Shown piece by piece: positions 47,443-57,427 of a stretch of 64,000 nt of DNA. The notes beneath the pieces were generated by a model. It worked only from the letters and a program-made list of their open reading frames with translations, had not been told where the DNA came from and did no database searches. The stretch's first letter is position 1; every line of letters starts with the position of its first letter. The DNA is taken from positions 4,517 to 68,516 of the forward strand of contig JBDOIW010000007.1 of NCBI GenBank assembly GCA_047404175.1, given 5' to 3'. This stretch comes from Legionellales bacterium. Lineage in GTDB: Bacteria; Pseudomonadota; Gammaproteobacteria; M30B25. The position numbers and the translations under genes were made by a program.

Positions 47443-48764
47443 GTGCAGGACTCAACTAGTTGACAGAAGGATTTTGCTTTAAGGCACGATTCTTCATATT
47501 CTTTTTCTGGCTCAGAATGTAATGTAATGGCTCCACCGGCGCCATAGTGCATTGTATGGTGATTGAACTCAATGGTTCGAATGAGAATCGAGCTTTGTAA
47601 ATAATCATCGCGTCCAATCGCAAATAAACTACCACAATAGTAAGATCTATCTCTCTGTTCGTGATGGGCTAACCATTTCATGGATTCTATTTTCGGGGCT
47701 CCTGTGATTGAGCCTCCTGGCATGCTTTGGATGAGCAGATCCCAGGGGGTGAGATTTTTTTTAAGTTGTCCTGTCACTGTAGAGACTAAATGATGAACTT
47801 GGCTGAATGTCTCAATTTGGCATAGTTTCTCAACTTGAATGCTATGATCTTCACAGCATAGGGATAGATCGTTGCGCATTAAATCGACAATCATGATGTT
47901 CTCAGCTTTGTCTTTGAGACTTTGGCTTAGAGTGGTTTTGTTGCGTTGATCTTGGATGGGGTCTTTGTGCTTAGCAATCGTACCTTTGATAGGTGATGTT
48001 CTTACTTGTTGTTGATGGCAGTGGATAAACTGTTCAGGAGAAATGGAGGCTAGTGCCAGTGCAGATGTGCACTGCATGAAGGCAGAAAAAGGTGCTGGGT
48101 TGGTTTGTCTCCACTTCATATAGGTTTCAAAGGGCGAACCTTTTAAAAGTTGAGCGGTAAAGTTTTGTGTCAAATTGGCTTGAAAAAAGTCACCTTGTAA
48201 AATAGCCTCTTGGCAGGCACGAACCTTTTTTTGGTATGCGTTTGCTGTGTGTGTTTGTTGCCAGGGGGAAAATTCTAGCTCTTCTACTTTGTTAATTTGA
48301 GAGGAGGCTATGGCCTTTTGGTAAATTTTGAGTGTTTGTTCTGCTTGATAACGACGTTCTTGATCGGGATGATGAGCATCCTGAATGATCAGCCAGCCAC
48401 ACTGTTTTTGATGATCATAACTGATAATGTTTGGATAATAGCCTAGCCAGCAAGGAGTGTGTTTGTTGTGTCTCGTAGGGATGTGCTGCTGCAAGCCAAA
48501 GTCATAGCTAAGAGCCCCAATAAAGCCCCCTTGGAAAGGAGGGAGATTGGCTTGTGTTTGACTATGCTCTTGTTGCCAAAAATTTTTTGCTTCATCAAGA
48601 TTGGCATCGTTGTGCCAAGTTTTAATGGGTTGAATGGCTAAAGTTGAATAGCGAGATTGGGTATGATTGGGGTCGTTACTGTCCAGCCAGACAAATCCAG
48701 GATACGTACTAAGCACACGTGCACACTGGATAAGGTCGAGTGAGGCAGGGGTTTTGATTAACAT
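47439..48764 (-). CDS. pabB: Aminodeoxychorismate synthase component I.
   Basis: SPIKGT, with the Lys typical of PabB rather than TrpE, plus a chorismate-binding C-terminus. 441 aa. Confidence 0.85.
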   Translation of the reverse strand: MLIKTPASLDLIQCARVLSTYPGFVWLDSNDPNHTQSRYSTLAIQPIKTWHNDANLDEAKNFWQQEHSQTQANLPPFQGGFIGALSYDFGLQQHIPTRHNKHTPCWLGYYPNIISYDHQKQCGWLIIQDAHHPDQERRYQAEQTLKIYQKAIASSQINKVEELEFSPWQQTHTANAYQKKVRACQEAILQGDFFQANLTQNFTAQLLKGSPFETYMKWRQTNPAPFSAFMQCTSALALASISPEQFIHCHQQQVRTSPIKGTIAKHKDPIQDQRNKTTLSQSLKDKAENIMIVDLMRNDLSLCCEDHSIQVEKLCQIETFSQVHHLVSTVTGQLKKNLTPWDLLIQSMPGGSITGAPKIESMKWLAHHEQRDRSYYCGSLFAIGRDDYLQSSILIRTIEFNHHTMHYGAGGAITLHSEPEKEYEESCLKAKSFCQLVESCT

Positions 48765-49297
48765 TAAGAAATTCGGCAGAAAGAATTTTTATTTTCAACT
48801 TTAGTTTCTTTATCTTGATTTTTATTCGGTTTTGTGGGAGTGGATGTGTGTATAGGCTTTGTTTGTCTAAAAGGGTTTGGTGAAGATGGGGCTCTTTTTG
48901 TGTCATCGTAAATTATCGAAAAATCTGGCAGGGAATCATCAGTTTCAGGATGATTGCGACTAACAAGCCAATGTCCAGCCATGAAAAGTACAATCCCTGT
49001 GAGTGCTATGACATTAGCATGAAAGCACATCCAGGCAGTAGCTGCGAGTTTTATAAGGTTGCCAGTACCATGTTGATTTTCTGAGAGTTGTTGGGTGGCC
49101 CCAGTGTCATATGAAAAGAGTTTTTCGCTTGTCTTCCAAGCAACACAAGCTGACACGAAAGCTAGAGCACAGCAAACTAAAAAAGCTACCCCCGTTGATG
49201 ATGCTCCAAAGAAAAGAAGAATACCACAAGTCATCGCTAGAGCTAGAGACGTATATGAGCTTGTGTGGTATACTTTGTTGATATTGGTTTGTTTCAT
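48764..49297 (-). CDS. Hypothetical membrane protein (177 aa) with a Pro/Thr/Lys-rich tail, upstream of pabB.
   Basis: 3-4 predicted TM helices then a low-complexity tail; co-oriented with pabBA. Confidence 0.45.
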   Translation of the reverse strand: MKQTNINKVYHTSSYTSLALAMTCGILLFFGASSTGVAFLVCCALAFVSACVAWKTSEKLFSYDTGATQQLSENQHGTGNLIKLAATAWMCFHANVIALTGIVLFMAGHWLVSRNHPETDDSLPDFSIIYDDTKRAPSSPNPFRQTKPIHTSTPTKPNKNQDKETKVENKNSFCRIS

Positions 49298-49503
49298 AGC
49301 TTAGATCCCCCGAGTATCTATACTGGGTTAGGTTAGTAGAACTCGATAGTCCTGTCAAATAGCCTGACTATGATTTAATGCCCAGATAGGCATCTTCTAG
49401 TCATCTTCATTGCCATATGGTAAAGAAAGTTCTTGAGTTTCTATGCTTTTTTGTGTCTATAATAAATTGTGGCGTTTATATTGATACTCAAGGAGGAGTT
49501 GTT

Positions 49504-50064
49504 ATGGAAAATGCGCAACCACTTACTTTATCCAATGAATCCGTACTTAAAAATAAGCTTAGTTCCAGTAGCCAGAATTATTTGCAAGGCAAGTCACCAT
49601 GGTACAGAAGCTTTGCTGACTGGTTTATTCTATCTGTATTTCCATATGCATCTGAATATTATCAAAAAGCTTATTTAAGACAAGAAAAGCTTAAGATTGC
49701 GGAGGATGTTGTAGCCACATTGACTAATCGAAACGATGATTCTGCTCTTGCTTTGTCTCAATGGATTAATGAGACTATTGTGACTAGAATTACAGGCGTT
49801 TTTTATCGATGTCTTAGCTGGCATAAATCTTATAAGGCCACTTTGAATAAGGGAGAAGCCTTTTTGTCTCAGGATGATTTTAATAAATTGCCGGTAGTAG
49901 AAAGCTCTACTTTTCTTGATTCTATTTTGAAGCCCATGGTTGCATATGTTGATTCAAATTCTCAGCCCTGTCATTATTTTTATGAAAAAGTTAAAGCACT
50001 TCATCAGAAAGGGCAAGATGGTCGTTCTACCACTTTACCGGAATTACCAACTTCCTCAGCTTAG
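49504..50064 (+). CDS. Hypothetical protein A (186 aa), novel family, tandem paralog of the next ORF.
   Basis: Perfect AAGGAGG RBS. Shares QGKSPWYRSFADWF and CLSWHKSYK motifs with protein B. Confidence 0.6.
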   Translation: MENAQPLTLSNESVLKNKLSSSSQNYLQGKSPWYRSFADWFILSVFPYASEYYQKAYLRQEKLKIAEDVVATLTNRNDDSALALSQWINETIVTRITGVFYRCLSWHKSYKATLNKGEAFLSQDDFNKLPVVESSTFLDSILKPMVAYVDSNSQPCHYFYEKVKALHQKGQDGRSTTLPELPTSSA

Positions 50065-50079
50065 ATTAAAGGATTTAGT

Positions 50080-50646
50080 ATGGCTCTAGCGCATCATGGT
50101 TCTCCCAGTAGCTCATTTAAGGTCCGCCGAAAGCAGGCCATGTCTTCGATCCTGACTTCTAAAGAGAATCATTTTCAGCAGATTAAAGGGTGTTATTTAG
50201 GGTTTTATGACTGGCTGAGTTATCAATGGTCTGAGGTCAAAGCTTATTTTGGTTTTACGCTAAGTCGTGACAAGCGTCGCTTTTTAGATGGCTTTGATCC
50301 TTCTCGTGGAGAAGTTACATTTTACCAAGGTTATGCTGATGTTTTTTCTAAGCAGTCAGGGTCAGACAAACTATTAGAAGCTTACGCTTCAAGTCCAGAT
50401 GAGACTATTTTTTTAAAGCTTGTTTCTTGGGTAAAGTCAAAGGGGGGGCGTTTGCATCAGACTTTCTACCACTGTTGTGGGTATAAAGTCGATGATGAAA
50501 GGTTAGTAAATGCTATGTTAAGAACAAGGGAGCTACCACGTCCCGGTGGAGCTGGAGTCTATTCAGGTATATTAAAATCTTCTAGGTTCCATAATGGCCA
50601 AGGTGCGGCTGCCTCTGGGCGTGGCGTTAGGTTTTCAAACAATTAA
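50080..50646 (+). CDS. Hypothetical protein B (188 aa), novel family, tandem paralog of the previous ORF.
   Basis: QIKGCYLGFYDWL and LVSWVKSKG motifs are shared with protein A. Confidence 0.6.
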   Translation: MALAHHGSPSSSFKVRRKQAMSSILTSKENHFQQIKGCYLGFYDWLSYQWSEVKAYFGFTLSRDKRRFLDGFDPSRGEVTFYQGYADVFSKQSGSDKLLEAYASSPDETIFLKLVSWVKSKGGRLHQTFYHCCGYKVDDERLVNAMLRTRELPRPGGAGVYSGILKSSRFHNGQGAAASGRGVRFSNN

Positions 50647-52148
50647 TGTATGCTTTGGCCAAGCTGTGTAGAGTTGGCATAGGGTCTATGGCTATAAGAA
50701 AAAGCTTTGAGTAGATGGCGTTGGTCAATGGTGGTTTTGTGATCTAAAAGTGCAACAGTTCTTGCTACACGGAGTAGTTTAAATTGCTTTCTTGATGACA
50801 GGTGGTGTGTTTTCGCGAACGTCTCAATGAGACTTTTAGCTTTTGGTGAACAGGAGTGATGTAGCTTGTTTAAGCTTAGTGTCTTTGGATGGTTGCTTCG
50901 AATAGAATGAATGTTTTCAAGGTCAAGTGGCTTGTCATGTTCCAAATGGTTTGCTGCTTTTAAATTGATACAGATATCTATTCTATCTAAAATAGGTCCA
51001 GACAACTTTCTTTGATAGCGATGGATTTGGTGAGGTGTACAGCTACAGTGGTGGTCAATACTGCCATAATAACCGCAAGGGCATGGATTCATGGTTGCAA
51101 TCAGTTGAAATTGGGCAGGAAAAGTCACATAGTGTCTTGATCTTGCAATATGGACAGCGCCTTGCTCCATGGGTTCTCGTAGTGATTCGATGGTTTTTAG
51201 TGAGAATTCAGGTAGTTCATCAAGAAGCAAAACGCCGTGGTGAGCAAGTGAGATGGCGCCTGGTGTTGGAGGGTTTCCTCCACCTAAAAGTGCGATGTGA
51301 GATGAGCTATGGTGAGGAGATTGCATGGTGGCTTGGTGCCAATGATTTGGGGCACAGCTAAAATTTTGTTTTTTAGGGAGTGCTGCATGAAGCATCATTT
51401 TTTCAAGCGCTTGATCTTCAGATAAAGGGGGGAGTAAATCAATTAATCTTTTTGCAAGAAGAGTTTTGCCAATGCCAGGAGGTCCCGATAATAAAACGGA
51501 ATGCTTGCCTGCTGCGGCCAGTGTTAGGGCAAATTTGGCTTGTGATTGTCCTAGTATATCTTTGAAAGGGTTGGCGTTATTTTTGGCTTGGACAGCGTGT
51601 GTAGTAACAATAGGCTCGTAGTTAAGTGGCGAATTTTGATTGAGGAGGGCGGCTAATTCTTGAAGGGTACTGACAGCAATAAGTTTAGGGTGCTGAACAA
51701 GGCTTATATCTTTCAGGTTGTCGCGAGGAATAATCAATTGTGTTCCTGCTTTTTTGCTTTGCATGGCTTGAATAATCGCTCTTTCAACAGAACGAATGGC
51801 TCCTGATAAGGCAAGTTCACCCATAAATTCTAAGGTATCATTTAAATGATGCGTGCTTATCTGCCTTGATGCTGCTAGTACAGCAATCGCCATAGCTAAA
51901 TCTAAGCGGCTGCCTTGTTTTGGTAGATCAGCTGGTGCGAGATTGAGTGTGAATTTATGTGGAGGAAAAACTAATTGGCTATTAATAATAGCGCTGCGAA
52001 TGCGATCTTTGCTTTCTCTAATAGCGGCTTCGGCAAGACCAATGATGGCAAAGCCCGGCAGCCCGTGAGACAGATGTGCCTCGATGGTGACTTGTGGGGC
52101 GTTGATGCCGCTTATCGTGCGCCCATAAGTGATCGCAAGTTGCTGCAT
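50643..52148 (-). CDS. comM: Mg-chelatase-like AAA ATPase YifB/ComM.
   Basis: Lon-like N-terminal domain; LLSGPPGIGKT Walker A; C-terminal ChlI domain. Confidence 0.9.
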   Translation of the reverse strand: MQQLAITYGRTISGINAPQVTIEAHLSHGLPGFAIIGLAEAAIRESKDRIRSAIINSQLVFPPHKFTLNLAPADLPKQGSRLDLAMAIAVLAASRQISTHHLNDTLEFMGELALSGAIRSVERAIIQAMQSKKAGTQLIIPRDNLKDISLVQHPKLIAVSTLQELAALLNQNSPLNYEPIVTTHAVQAKNNANPFKDILGQSQAKFALTLAAAGKHSVLLSGPPGIGKTLLAKRLIDLLPPLSEDQALEKMMLHAALPKKQNFSCAPNHWHQATMQSPHHSSSHIALLGGGNPPTPGAISLAHHGVLLLDELPEFSLKTIESLREPMEQGAVHIARSRHYVTFPAQFQLIATMNPCPCGYYGSIDHHCSCTPHQIHRYQRKLSGPILDRIDICINLKAANHLEHDKPLDLENIHSIRSNHPKTLSLNKLHHSCSPKAKSLIETFAKTHHLSSRKQFKLLRVARTVALLDHKTTIDQRHLLKAFSYSHRPYANSTQLGQSIH

Positions 52149-52195
52149 GGACTTGTCCTATTGTCGTATTCAGGGGGATGGTTTGTGGCTGATGT

Positions 52196-52426
52196 TTATG
52201 TCTTGAATTGTGCCTCAAGTGCTTCAAGCTTGGCTCGTGTTTTTTGGAGAACAGCGACTTGAGTGTCAAATTCTTCACGAGTCACAAGGTCGAGTTGAGC
52301 AAGTTGCTGGCTTAAGATGGTTTTAATTTTGTCTCTTATCGCTTCAGAGCTGCCTGATAAATCGGAAGGAAGGCCATCTAGTAAGCTTTGGATAAGATTA
52401 TCAAAAGAAGATTTTGTCTCGGTCAT
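52196..52426 (-). CDS. ubiK: UbiK/YqiC family accessory factor.
   Basis: MTETKSSFDNLIQSLLDGLP...coiled coil...LEALEAQ. Start placed at the internal ATG of the raw ORF. Confidence 0.75.
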   Translation of the reverse strand: MTETKSSFDNLIQSLLDGLPSDLSGSSEAIRDKIKTILSQQLAQLDLVTREEFDTQVAVLQKTRAKLEALEAQFKT

Positions 52427-52566
52427 GGGGTGTCCTTTTGTGTCAATATTGATGTTTATTGTATGACGCAGAAAGCCTTTGTGCAATGCTGTTTATATGA
52501 CGGTGTAGTGCGATCTTGTTGTTTTTGGTATGATGTTTGAAGTTTAGTGATGCTCGAGGAGCAAAA

Positions 52567-53136
52567 GTGAAGAAGCTAATCATCGTGCTTGTATGTATGG
52601 GGCTCTTATCATGCCAGCATGCAATTGAGCAGGCGGACCCTCCTGCCTATGAGCTCAGTGCATGGAATATGCAGGGGAAATTTAGTTTTTATCACAAAGA
52701 AACGGTGTTGGGTTCATTTGAGTGGGAGAGGCAGCCTAGGCACTACAAAATGTTTTTTCATGGGCCTTTAAGTGTGGGTACGGCGCTTTTAGAGGGAGGG
52801 CCTTTAAAAGTTCGTTTTTCTAATGACCGTGGAGAGCAAGCTGAAGGAGATTCTGCGGAGGAACTGCTCGATGTTCACATGGGATGGCATGTTCCTATTG
52901 AAGCGCTTCCTTATTGGGTGCAGGGAAAAGTGGTTCCTCGTGAAAAAGCAGTGGTTACTCGTGATGAATATGGTCGTTTGGCGGTGATTGAGCAGTTAGG
53001 TTGGCGAGTTGAAATTCTAGAGTATCATTTATGGCATGGACTCATGATGCCAAAGCGATTTCTTTTTAAACGCGATGATGTTTGGGGTAAATTAGTGATT
53101 AAATCTTGGGGCTGGCCTGAAGTTGCATCCACTTGA
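52567..53136 (+). CDS. lolB: Outer-membrane lipoprotein LolB.
   Basis: Lipoprotein signal MKKLIIVLVCMGLLSC. GTG start after GGAG. Lies next to prs as in other gammaproteobacteria. Confidence 0.8.
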   Translation: MKKLIIVLVCMGLLSCQHAIEQADPPAYELSAWNMQGKFSFYHKETVLGSFEWERQPRHYKMFFHGPLSVGTALLEGGPLKVRFSNDRGEQAEGDSAEELLDVHMGWHVPIEALPYWVQGKVVPREKAVVTRDEYGRLAVIEQLGWRVEILEYHLWHGLMMPKRFLFKRDDVWGKLVIKSWGWPEVAST

Positions 53137-53187
53137 GTGGGTTTTATTAGTTTTTTTGACTTTTTTGTTTTTCAGGGGTATATCTTG

Positions 53188-53218
53188 CTTGACAATGCAG
53201 GCCGATCTGGGGACAATA
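53188..53218 (+). promoter_or_regulatory. Putative sigma70-type promoter for tRNA-Gln (TTGACA -35 at 53188-53193; A/T-rich -10 region ~53211-53218).
   Basis: Read from sequence: cTTGACAatgcaggccgatctggggACAATATAAgg lies about 20 nt upstream of the tRNA 5' end. Confidence 0.3.
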
Positions 53219-53236
53219 TAAGGCCTGAATTGCTGT

Positions 53237-53311
53237 TGGGGTGTCGCCAAGTGGTAAGGCACGGGGTTTTGATCTCCGCATTCCCAGGTTCGAATCCTGG
53301 CACCCCAGCCA
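53237..53311 (+). tRNA. tRNA-Gln (anticodon TTG).
   Basis: TGGGGTGTCGCCAAGTGGTAAGGCACGGGGTTTTGATCTCCGCATTCCCAGGTTCGAATCCTGGCACCCCAGCCA. 7-bp acceptor stem, TTCGAAT T-loop, UUG anticodon. Confidence 0.9.
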
Positions 53312-53347
53312 TTTTTAATCGCTTGTTTGCGAGCTGAGGACAAACCT

Positions 53348-54289
53348 TTGATTGATGTCAAGTTATTTGCCGGCAACGCTAGTCCTCAACTGGCTCAAAG
53401 TGTGAGCGAACATCTTTCTATTCCTCTTGGTAAAATCAATGTGGGTCGCTTTAGTGACGGTGAAGTCATGGTTGAAGTGCAAGAAAATGTTCGTGGGCGC
53501 GATGTGTTTATTTTGCAGTCAACATGCCGACCAATCAATGACAGCTTAATGGAGCTTATTGTCATCGCTGATGCCATGCGGCGAGCTTCTGCTGCAAGTA
53601 TTACTGCAGTTGTTCCTTATTTTGGCTATGCAAGGCAAGATAGGCGTGTGCGTTCGGCCCGAGTGCCTATTACAGCTAAAGTGGTTGCTGATATGATGGC
53701 ATCAGTAGGTATTAGTCGTCTCATTACCATGGATTTGCATGCTGATCAGATTCAAGGTTTTTTCTATATGCCTGTGGACAATGTTTATGCTTCCCCGGTG
53801 ATGTTAGATGATATGCAGTCAACAGAAAAGCAGCTTGTGGTGTCTCCGGATGTGGGTGGCGTAGTCAGAGCTAGGGCAATTGCGAAGCGATTAGATGTCG
53901 ATCTCGCTATCATTGATAAGAGACGCACGCAGGCAAATCAGTCAAAAGTGATGAATGTTATCGGTGATGCAAAAGATCGAAACTGTATTCTTGTGGATGA
54001 TATGGTCGATACAGCAGGTACGCTTTGCCAGGCGGCTGATGCGCTTAAGGCGCAGGGTGCGCTTAAAGTCCAGGCTTATTGTACGCACCCTGTCTTATCG
54101 GGTAATGCGATTAAAACACTAGAGGCTTCAGTGATTGACGAGTTGGTAGTCACAGACACTATTCCTCTGAGCGAGGCAGCCAAGTCTTGTTCAAAAATTC
54201 GTGTGTTATCAGTGGGGCGATTGATTGCTGAAACAATTCATCGTGTAAGTCATCGAGAATCGGTCAGCTCTATGTTTGCAGATTCTTGA
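53348..54289 (+). CDS. prs: Ribose-phosphate pyrophosphokinase.
   Basis: [13 protein letters not shown]...GRFSDGEV... and PRPP-binding DMVDTAGT motifs. TTG start 7 nt after GAGGA. Confidence 0.92.
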   Translation: MIDVKLFAGNASPQLAQSVSEHLSIPLGKINVGRFSDGEVMVEVQENVRGRDVFILQSTCRPINDSLMELIVIADAMRRASAASITAVVPYFGYARQDRRVRSARVPITAKVVADMMASVGISRLITMDLHADQIQGFFYMPVDNVYASPVMLDDMQSTEKQLVVSPDVGGVVRARAIAKRLDVDLAIIDKRRTQANQSKVMNVIGDAKDRNCILVDDMVDTAGTLCQAADALKAQGALKVQAYCTHPVLSGNAIKTLEASVIDELVVTDTIPLSEAAKSCSKIRVLSVGRLIAETIHRVSHRESVSSMFADS

Positions 54290-54671
54290 TCTATTGCTTG
54301 TTTATGCTAGTATCATAGCAGTTGAAATCTACAAGGCATCTCTTTTGAAAAGAAAAAGAGTTATAGATCATGTGCAATCACTATTTGCCCGAATTAAAGA
54401 AAAGCAGGTCTGCACATGGGCTCTCCAGGATCTCATTGATCAATCGTGCGAGCGGCTTAAGCATCAAATGAGTGCGCAAGAGCTGCGCTCTGACTTTTGT
54501 GCTGATGCAATGAGGTCTTCCATGCTTGAAGTTGATTCTATGCAAAAGAAAGCTGAAAAACTTCATGCGTTAATTGAATCTGATTATAATGAAATCGCGC
54601 AAAATCTATCACTGCTGGCCGAGCAAGAAGGAGAGGAGCGGCTGTCCATAAAAAGAGCAAGGCGTGTTTAG
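54276..54671 (+). CDS. Small hypothetical coiled-coil protein (start uncertain; likely an internal ATG/GTG).
   Basis: ORF located between prs and rplY; no recognisable domain. Confidence 0.3.
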   Translation: MQILDLLLVYASIIAVEIYKASLLKRKRVIDHVQSLFARIKEKQVCTWALQDLIDQSCERLKHQMSAQELRSDFCADAMRSSMLEVDSMQKKAEKLHALIESDYNEIAQNLSLLAEQEGEERLSIKRARRV

Positions 54672-54841
54672 CATGTTGAAAAGCGCATGATCTTTAGTGT
54701 TGTTTGCTAGGTTTAAGGATGTTTTGAGCTGGTATTAGAATTTTGCCATAAAAAAATGGACTTTTTTATAAAAATAGCTGTTTTTTTGTGTAAAATTGTG
54801 TAAAATTAAATGCTTTTTAAATTGCGTGTTAGGAGTGACCC

Positions 54842-55525
54842 ATGTCAGCACCCACAATCAGTTTGCCTGCACAGGCTAGAGATCAACTAGGCAAAGGTGA
54901 GGTCAGACGTATCCGTCGTCATCAAGATCTAATGCCGGCAGTGGTATATGGCGCAGGCAAAGAGTCTGTTTCTATTGCGATAGAGCATCGTCATATTTTG
55001 AGAGCTCTCGATAACGAAGCGGTTTATTCCCAGGTACTTGATTTGGTCATTGACGGTAAAAAAGAAAGTGTAGTCCTAAAAGCACTACAGCGTCATCCTT
55101 ACAAGATTAAAATTCTCCATGCAGATTTCTTGCGCGTTGATGCAAAGCAAGCTTTGCATATGCATATCCCTTTGCACTTCATTAATGAGTCAGAAGCTCC
55201 TGGCTCAAAACAAGGTGGTGTGTTTACGCATACCATGGCTGAAGTAGAAGTGAATTGCTTGCCTGCAGATTTGCCTGAATTTATTGAGGTTGATTTGTCA
55301 AGCGCTGAGCTTGATAGTTCTATCCATCTATCTGACCTGGCCCTACCAAAAGGGGTTGAGCTTGTTGCCTTGCTGGGTGAAGAGCCAAACAACATGACAG
55401 TGGCTAGCATTCACATGCCTAAGGTTGAGGCAGAGCCTGTTGAAGAAGATGCGGTAGAGCCTGCTGGCGAAGAAGAAAATACTGAAGAACCTGAGTCTTC
55501 TGAAGATTCTGATGCTGAAGGCTAA
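54842..55525 (+). CDS. rplY: 50S ribosomal protein L25 / general stress protein Ctc, with an acidic C-terminal tail.
   Basis: LPAQARDQLGKGEVRRIRR...PAVVYG N-terminus. Confidence 0.9.
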   Translation: MSAPTISLPAQARDQLGKGEVRRIRRHQDLMPAVVYGAGKESVSIAIEHRHILRALDNEAVYSQVLDLVIDGKKESVVLKALQRHPYKIKILHADFLRVDAKQALHMHIPLHFINESEAPGSKQGGVFTHTMAEVEVNCLPADLPEFIEVDLSSAELDSSIHLSDLALPKGVELVALLGEEPNNMTVASIHMPKVEAEPVEEDAVEPAGEEENTEEPESSEDSDAEG

Positions 55526-55531
55526 GCGCGC

Positions 55532-56122
55532 ATGACAGCTTCTACACCTATCCAGTTAATTGTTGGCTTAGGTAATCCTGGAGATGAACACCAGGCCACT
55601 CGCCATAACGTAGGTTTTTGGCTAGTTAAGCGATTTGCCGCATGGCACGGTTTAGAGCTATCTCCCGAAAAGAAGTTCAAAGGTCAGGTGGCAAAACTGC
55701 AAGCAGATCAGAGTGTGTGTTGGCTTCTTTGTCCTACAACATTCATGAATCTCAGTGGTGATGCCATTTTAGCACTAAGCAAATTTTATCGCATTCCTCC
55801 CGAATCCATTTTAGTGGTATATGATGATCTAGATTTCCCCGCAGGCGTTGCAAAACTCAAGTTTGGCGGTGGCCATGGTGGGCACAATGGTATTAGGCAT
55901 AGTTTACAAACGCTTTCAGGAAAAGACTTTTGGCGTTTGCGCTTAGGTATTGGACATCCTGGAAACAAGGATTTAGTGCATCGATATGTTTTGAGTAGGC
56001 CATCAAAAGGGGATGAGGCTAATATCAATAAAGCTATTGATGATGCTGTGGCTATTTTACCTGCGATGATAGCTGGAGAAACAGAGCTTGCAATGCGTCA
56101 ACTTCATGAGCGAGAGGGTTAA
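55532..56122 (+). CDS. pth: Peptidyl-tRNA hydrolase.
   Basis: LIVGLGNPG...HNVGF...HNGIR motifs. Confidence 0.93.
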   Translation: MTASTPIQLIVGLGNPGDEHQATRHNVGFWLVKRFAAWHGLELSPEKKFKGQVAKLQADQSVCWLLCPTTFMNLSGDAILALSKFYRIPPESILVVYDDLDFPAGVAKLKFGGGHGGHNGIRHSLQTLSGKDFWRLRLGIGHPGNKDLVHRYVLSRPSKGDEANINKAIDDAVAILPAMIAGETELAMRQLHEREG

Positions 56123-56125
56123 GAT

Positions 56126-57217
56126 ATGGGTTTTAAATGTGGTATTGTGGGCTTGCCTAATGTGGGTAAATCAACACTTTTTCGTGCTTTAACGGCTAAG
56201 CCGGTTGAGGCTTCCAATTATCCTTTTTGCACGATTGAGCCTAATGTTGGTGTGGTTTCTGTTCCTGACAAGCGTTTAGATGAGTTGACTCGTTGTGTTA
56301 ATCCTCAGAAGTGTATTCCTGCAGTGGTTGAGTTTGTTGATATTGCAGGATTAGTGGAAGGCGCAGCCAAGGGTGAGGGCTTGGGTAATCAGTTTTTAGC
56401 CAATATTAGAGAAACGCAAGCCATCTTGCATGTGGTGCGCTGTTTTGATGATGGGCAAGTTATTCATGTGTCAGGGTCCGTTGACCCTATTCGAGATGTT
56501 GAGGTGATTCATACCGAGCTTGCACTGGCAGATTTAGAGGTTGTTAGCAAATCCATAGAAAAGCATAAAAAGAAAGCAGGATCTGGTGATAAAGAGGCGA
56601 AGTTGCTCCTAGCTGTCCTAGAAAAAGCTAGGGATCATCTTGATCAAGGGCTTGCATTAAGAATACTGTCACTGTCAGAAGATGAGCAAGCATTATTGAA
56701 AGTATTCTCCTTTCTTACACTTAAACCTATGCTGTATATTGCTAACGTTAATGAAGATGGTTTTTCCGATAATCCTATGCTTGATCGTTTGGGAGAGCAA
56801 GCAAAGCATGAAGGCGCCTTGGTGGTGCCTGTTTGTGCTGCTATTGAGTCGGAGCTTGTGACTTTAGAGGCAGAGGAGCGAGCGTTGTTTATGGAGGAAA
56901 TGGGCTTAAATGAATCTGGTTTAGATCGAGTTATTCATGCAGGGTATGCGTTGCTTGGTTTAGAGACCTATTTTACTGCAGGACCTAAAGAAGTGAGAGC
57001 TTGGACTATCCCAAAAGATGCAACTGCACCTCAAGCTGCAGGGGTTATTCACACTGATTTTGAAAAAGGCTTTATTAAAGCAGAAGTTGTTGGCTTTGAA
57101 GACTATATTACCTGCGGAAGTGAGCAGGCTGCCAAAGAAGCAGGGAAATGGCGTCAAGAAGGAAAGCAGTATGTTGTACAAGACGGGGATGTCATTCATT
57201 TTTTGTTTAATGTCTAG
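56126..57217 (+). CDS. ychF: Ribosome-binding ATPase YchF.
   Basis: [15 protein letters not shown]1 motif and a TGS C-terminal domain. Confidence 0.93.
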   Translation: MGFKCGIVGLPNVGKSTLFRALTAKPVEASNYPFCTIEPNVGVVSVPDKRLDELTRCVNPQKCIPAVVEFVDIAGLVEGAAKGEGLGNQFLANIRETQAILHVVRCFDDGQVIHVSGSVDPIRDVEVIHTELALADLEVVSKSIEKHKKKAGSGDKEAKLLLAVLEKARDHLDQGLALRILSLSEDEQALLKVFSFLTLKPMLYIANVNEDGFSDNPMLDRLGEQAKHEGALVVPVCAAIESELVTLEAEERALFMEEMGLNESGLDRVIHAGYALLGLETYFTAGPKEVRAWTIPKDATAPQAAGVIHTDFEKGFIKAEVVGFEDYITCGSEQAAKEAGKWRQEGKQYVVQDGDVIHFLFNV

Positions 57218-57286
57218 GCTATGAACAGTGATAACTTGACAAATAAGCAAATAAAAGCCAAAATATCGCTTCATTATCTGAAAATG

Positions 57287-57362
57287 GCTATGTAGCTCAG
57301 CTGGTTAGAGCACAGCATTCATAATGCTGGGGTCGGTGGTTCAAGTCCACCCATAGCCACCA
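57287..57362 (+). tRNA. tRNA-Met (anticodon CAT), elongator-like.
   Basis: GGCTATGTAGCTCAGCTGGTTAGAGCACAGCATTCATAATGCTGGGGTCGGTGGTTCAAGTCCACCCATAGCCACCA is close to E. coli elongator tRNA-Met. The CAT anticodon could alternatively indicate tRNA-Ile2 (lysidine). Confidence 0.85.
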
Positions 57363-57427
57363 TTCTCGCTATTTAATCTTTTAGGTTTGACGCTTGTTGA
57401 GAAGCGCGTTATTCTATTGATAGGGAA

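Noticed and set aside
54787-54806. A tandem 10-bp duplication TGTGTAAAAT x2 upstream of rplY.
   Set aside because: A short simple duplication in an AT-rich promoter region. It could be a -35/-10 spacer element, but nothing supports a specific function.
57363-57427. A weak hairpin (CGCTT-gttgag-AAGCG) after tRNA-Met.
   Set aside because: 5-bp stem with a poor T-run; not convincing as a terminator.
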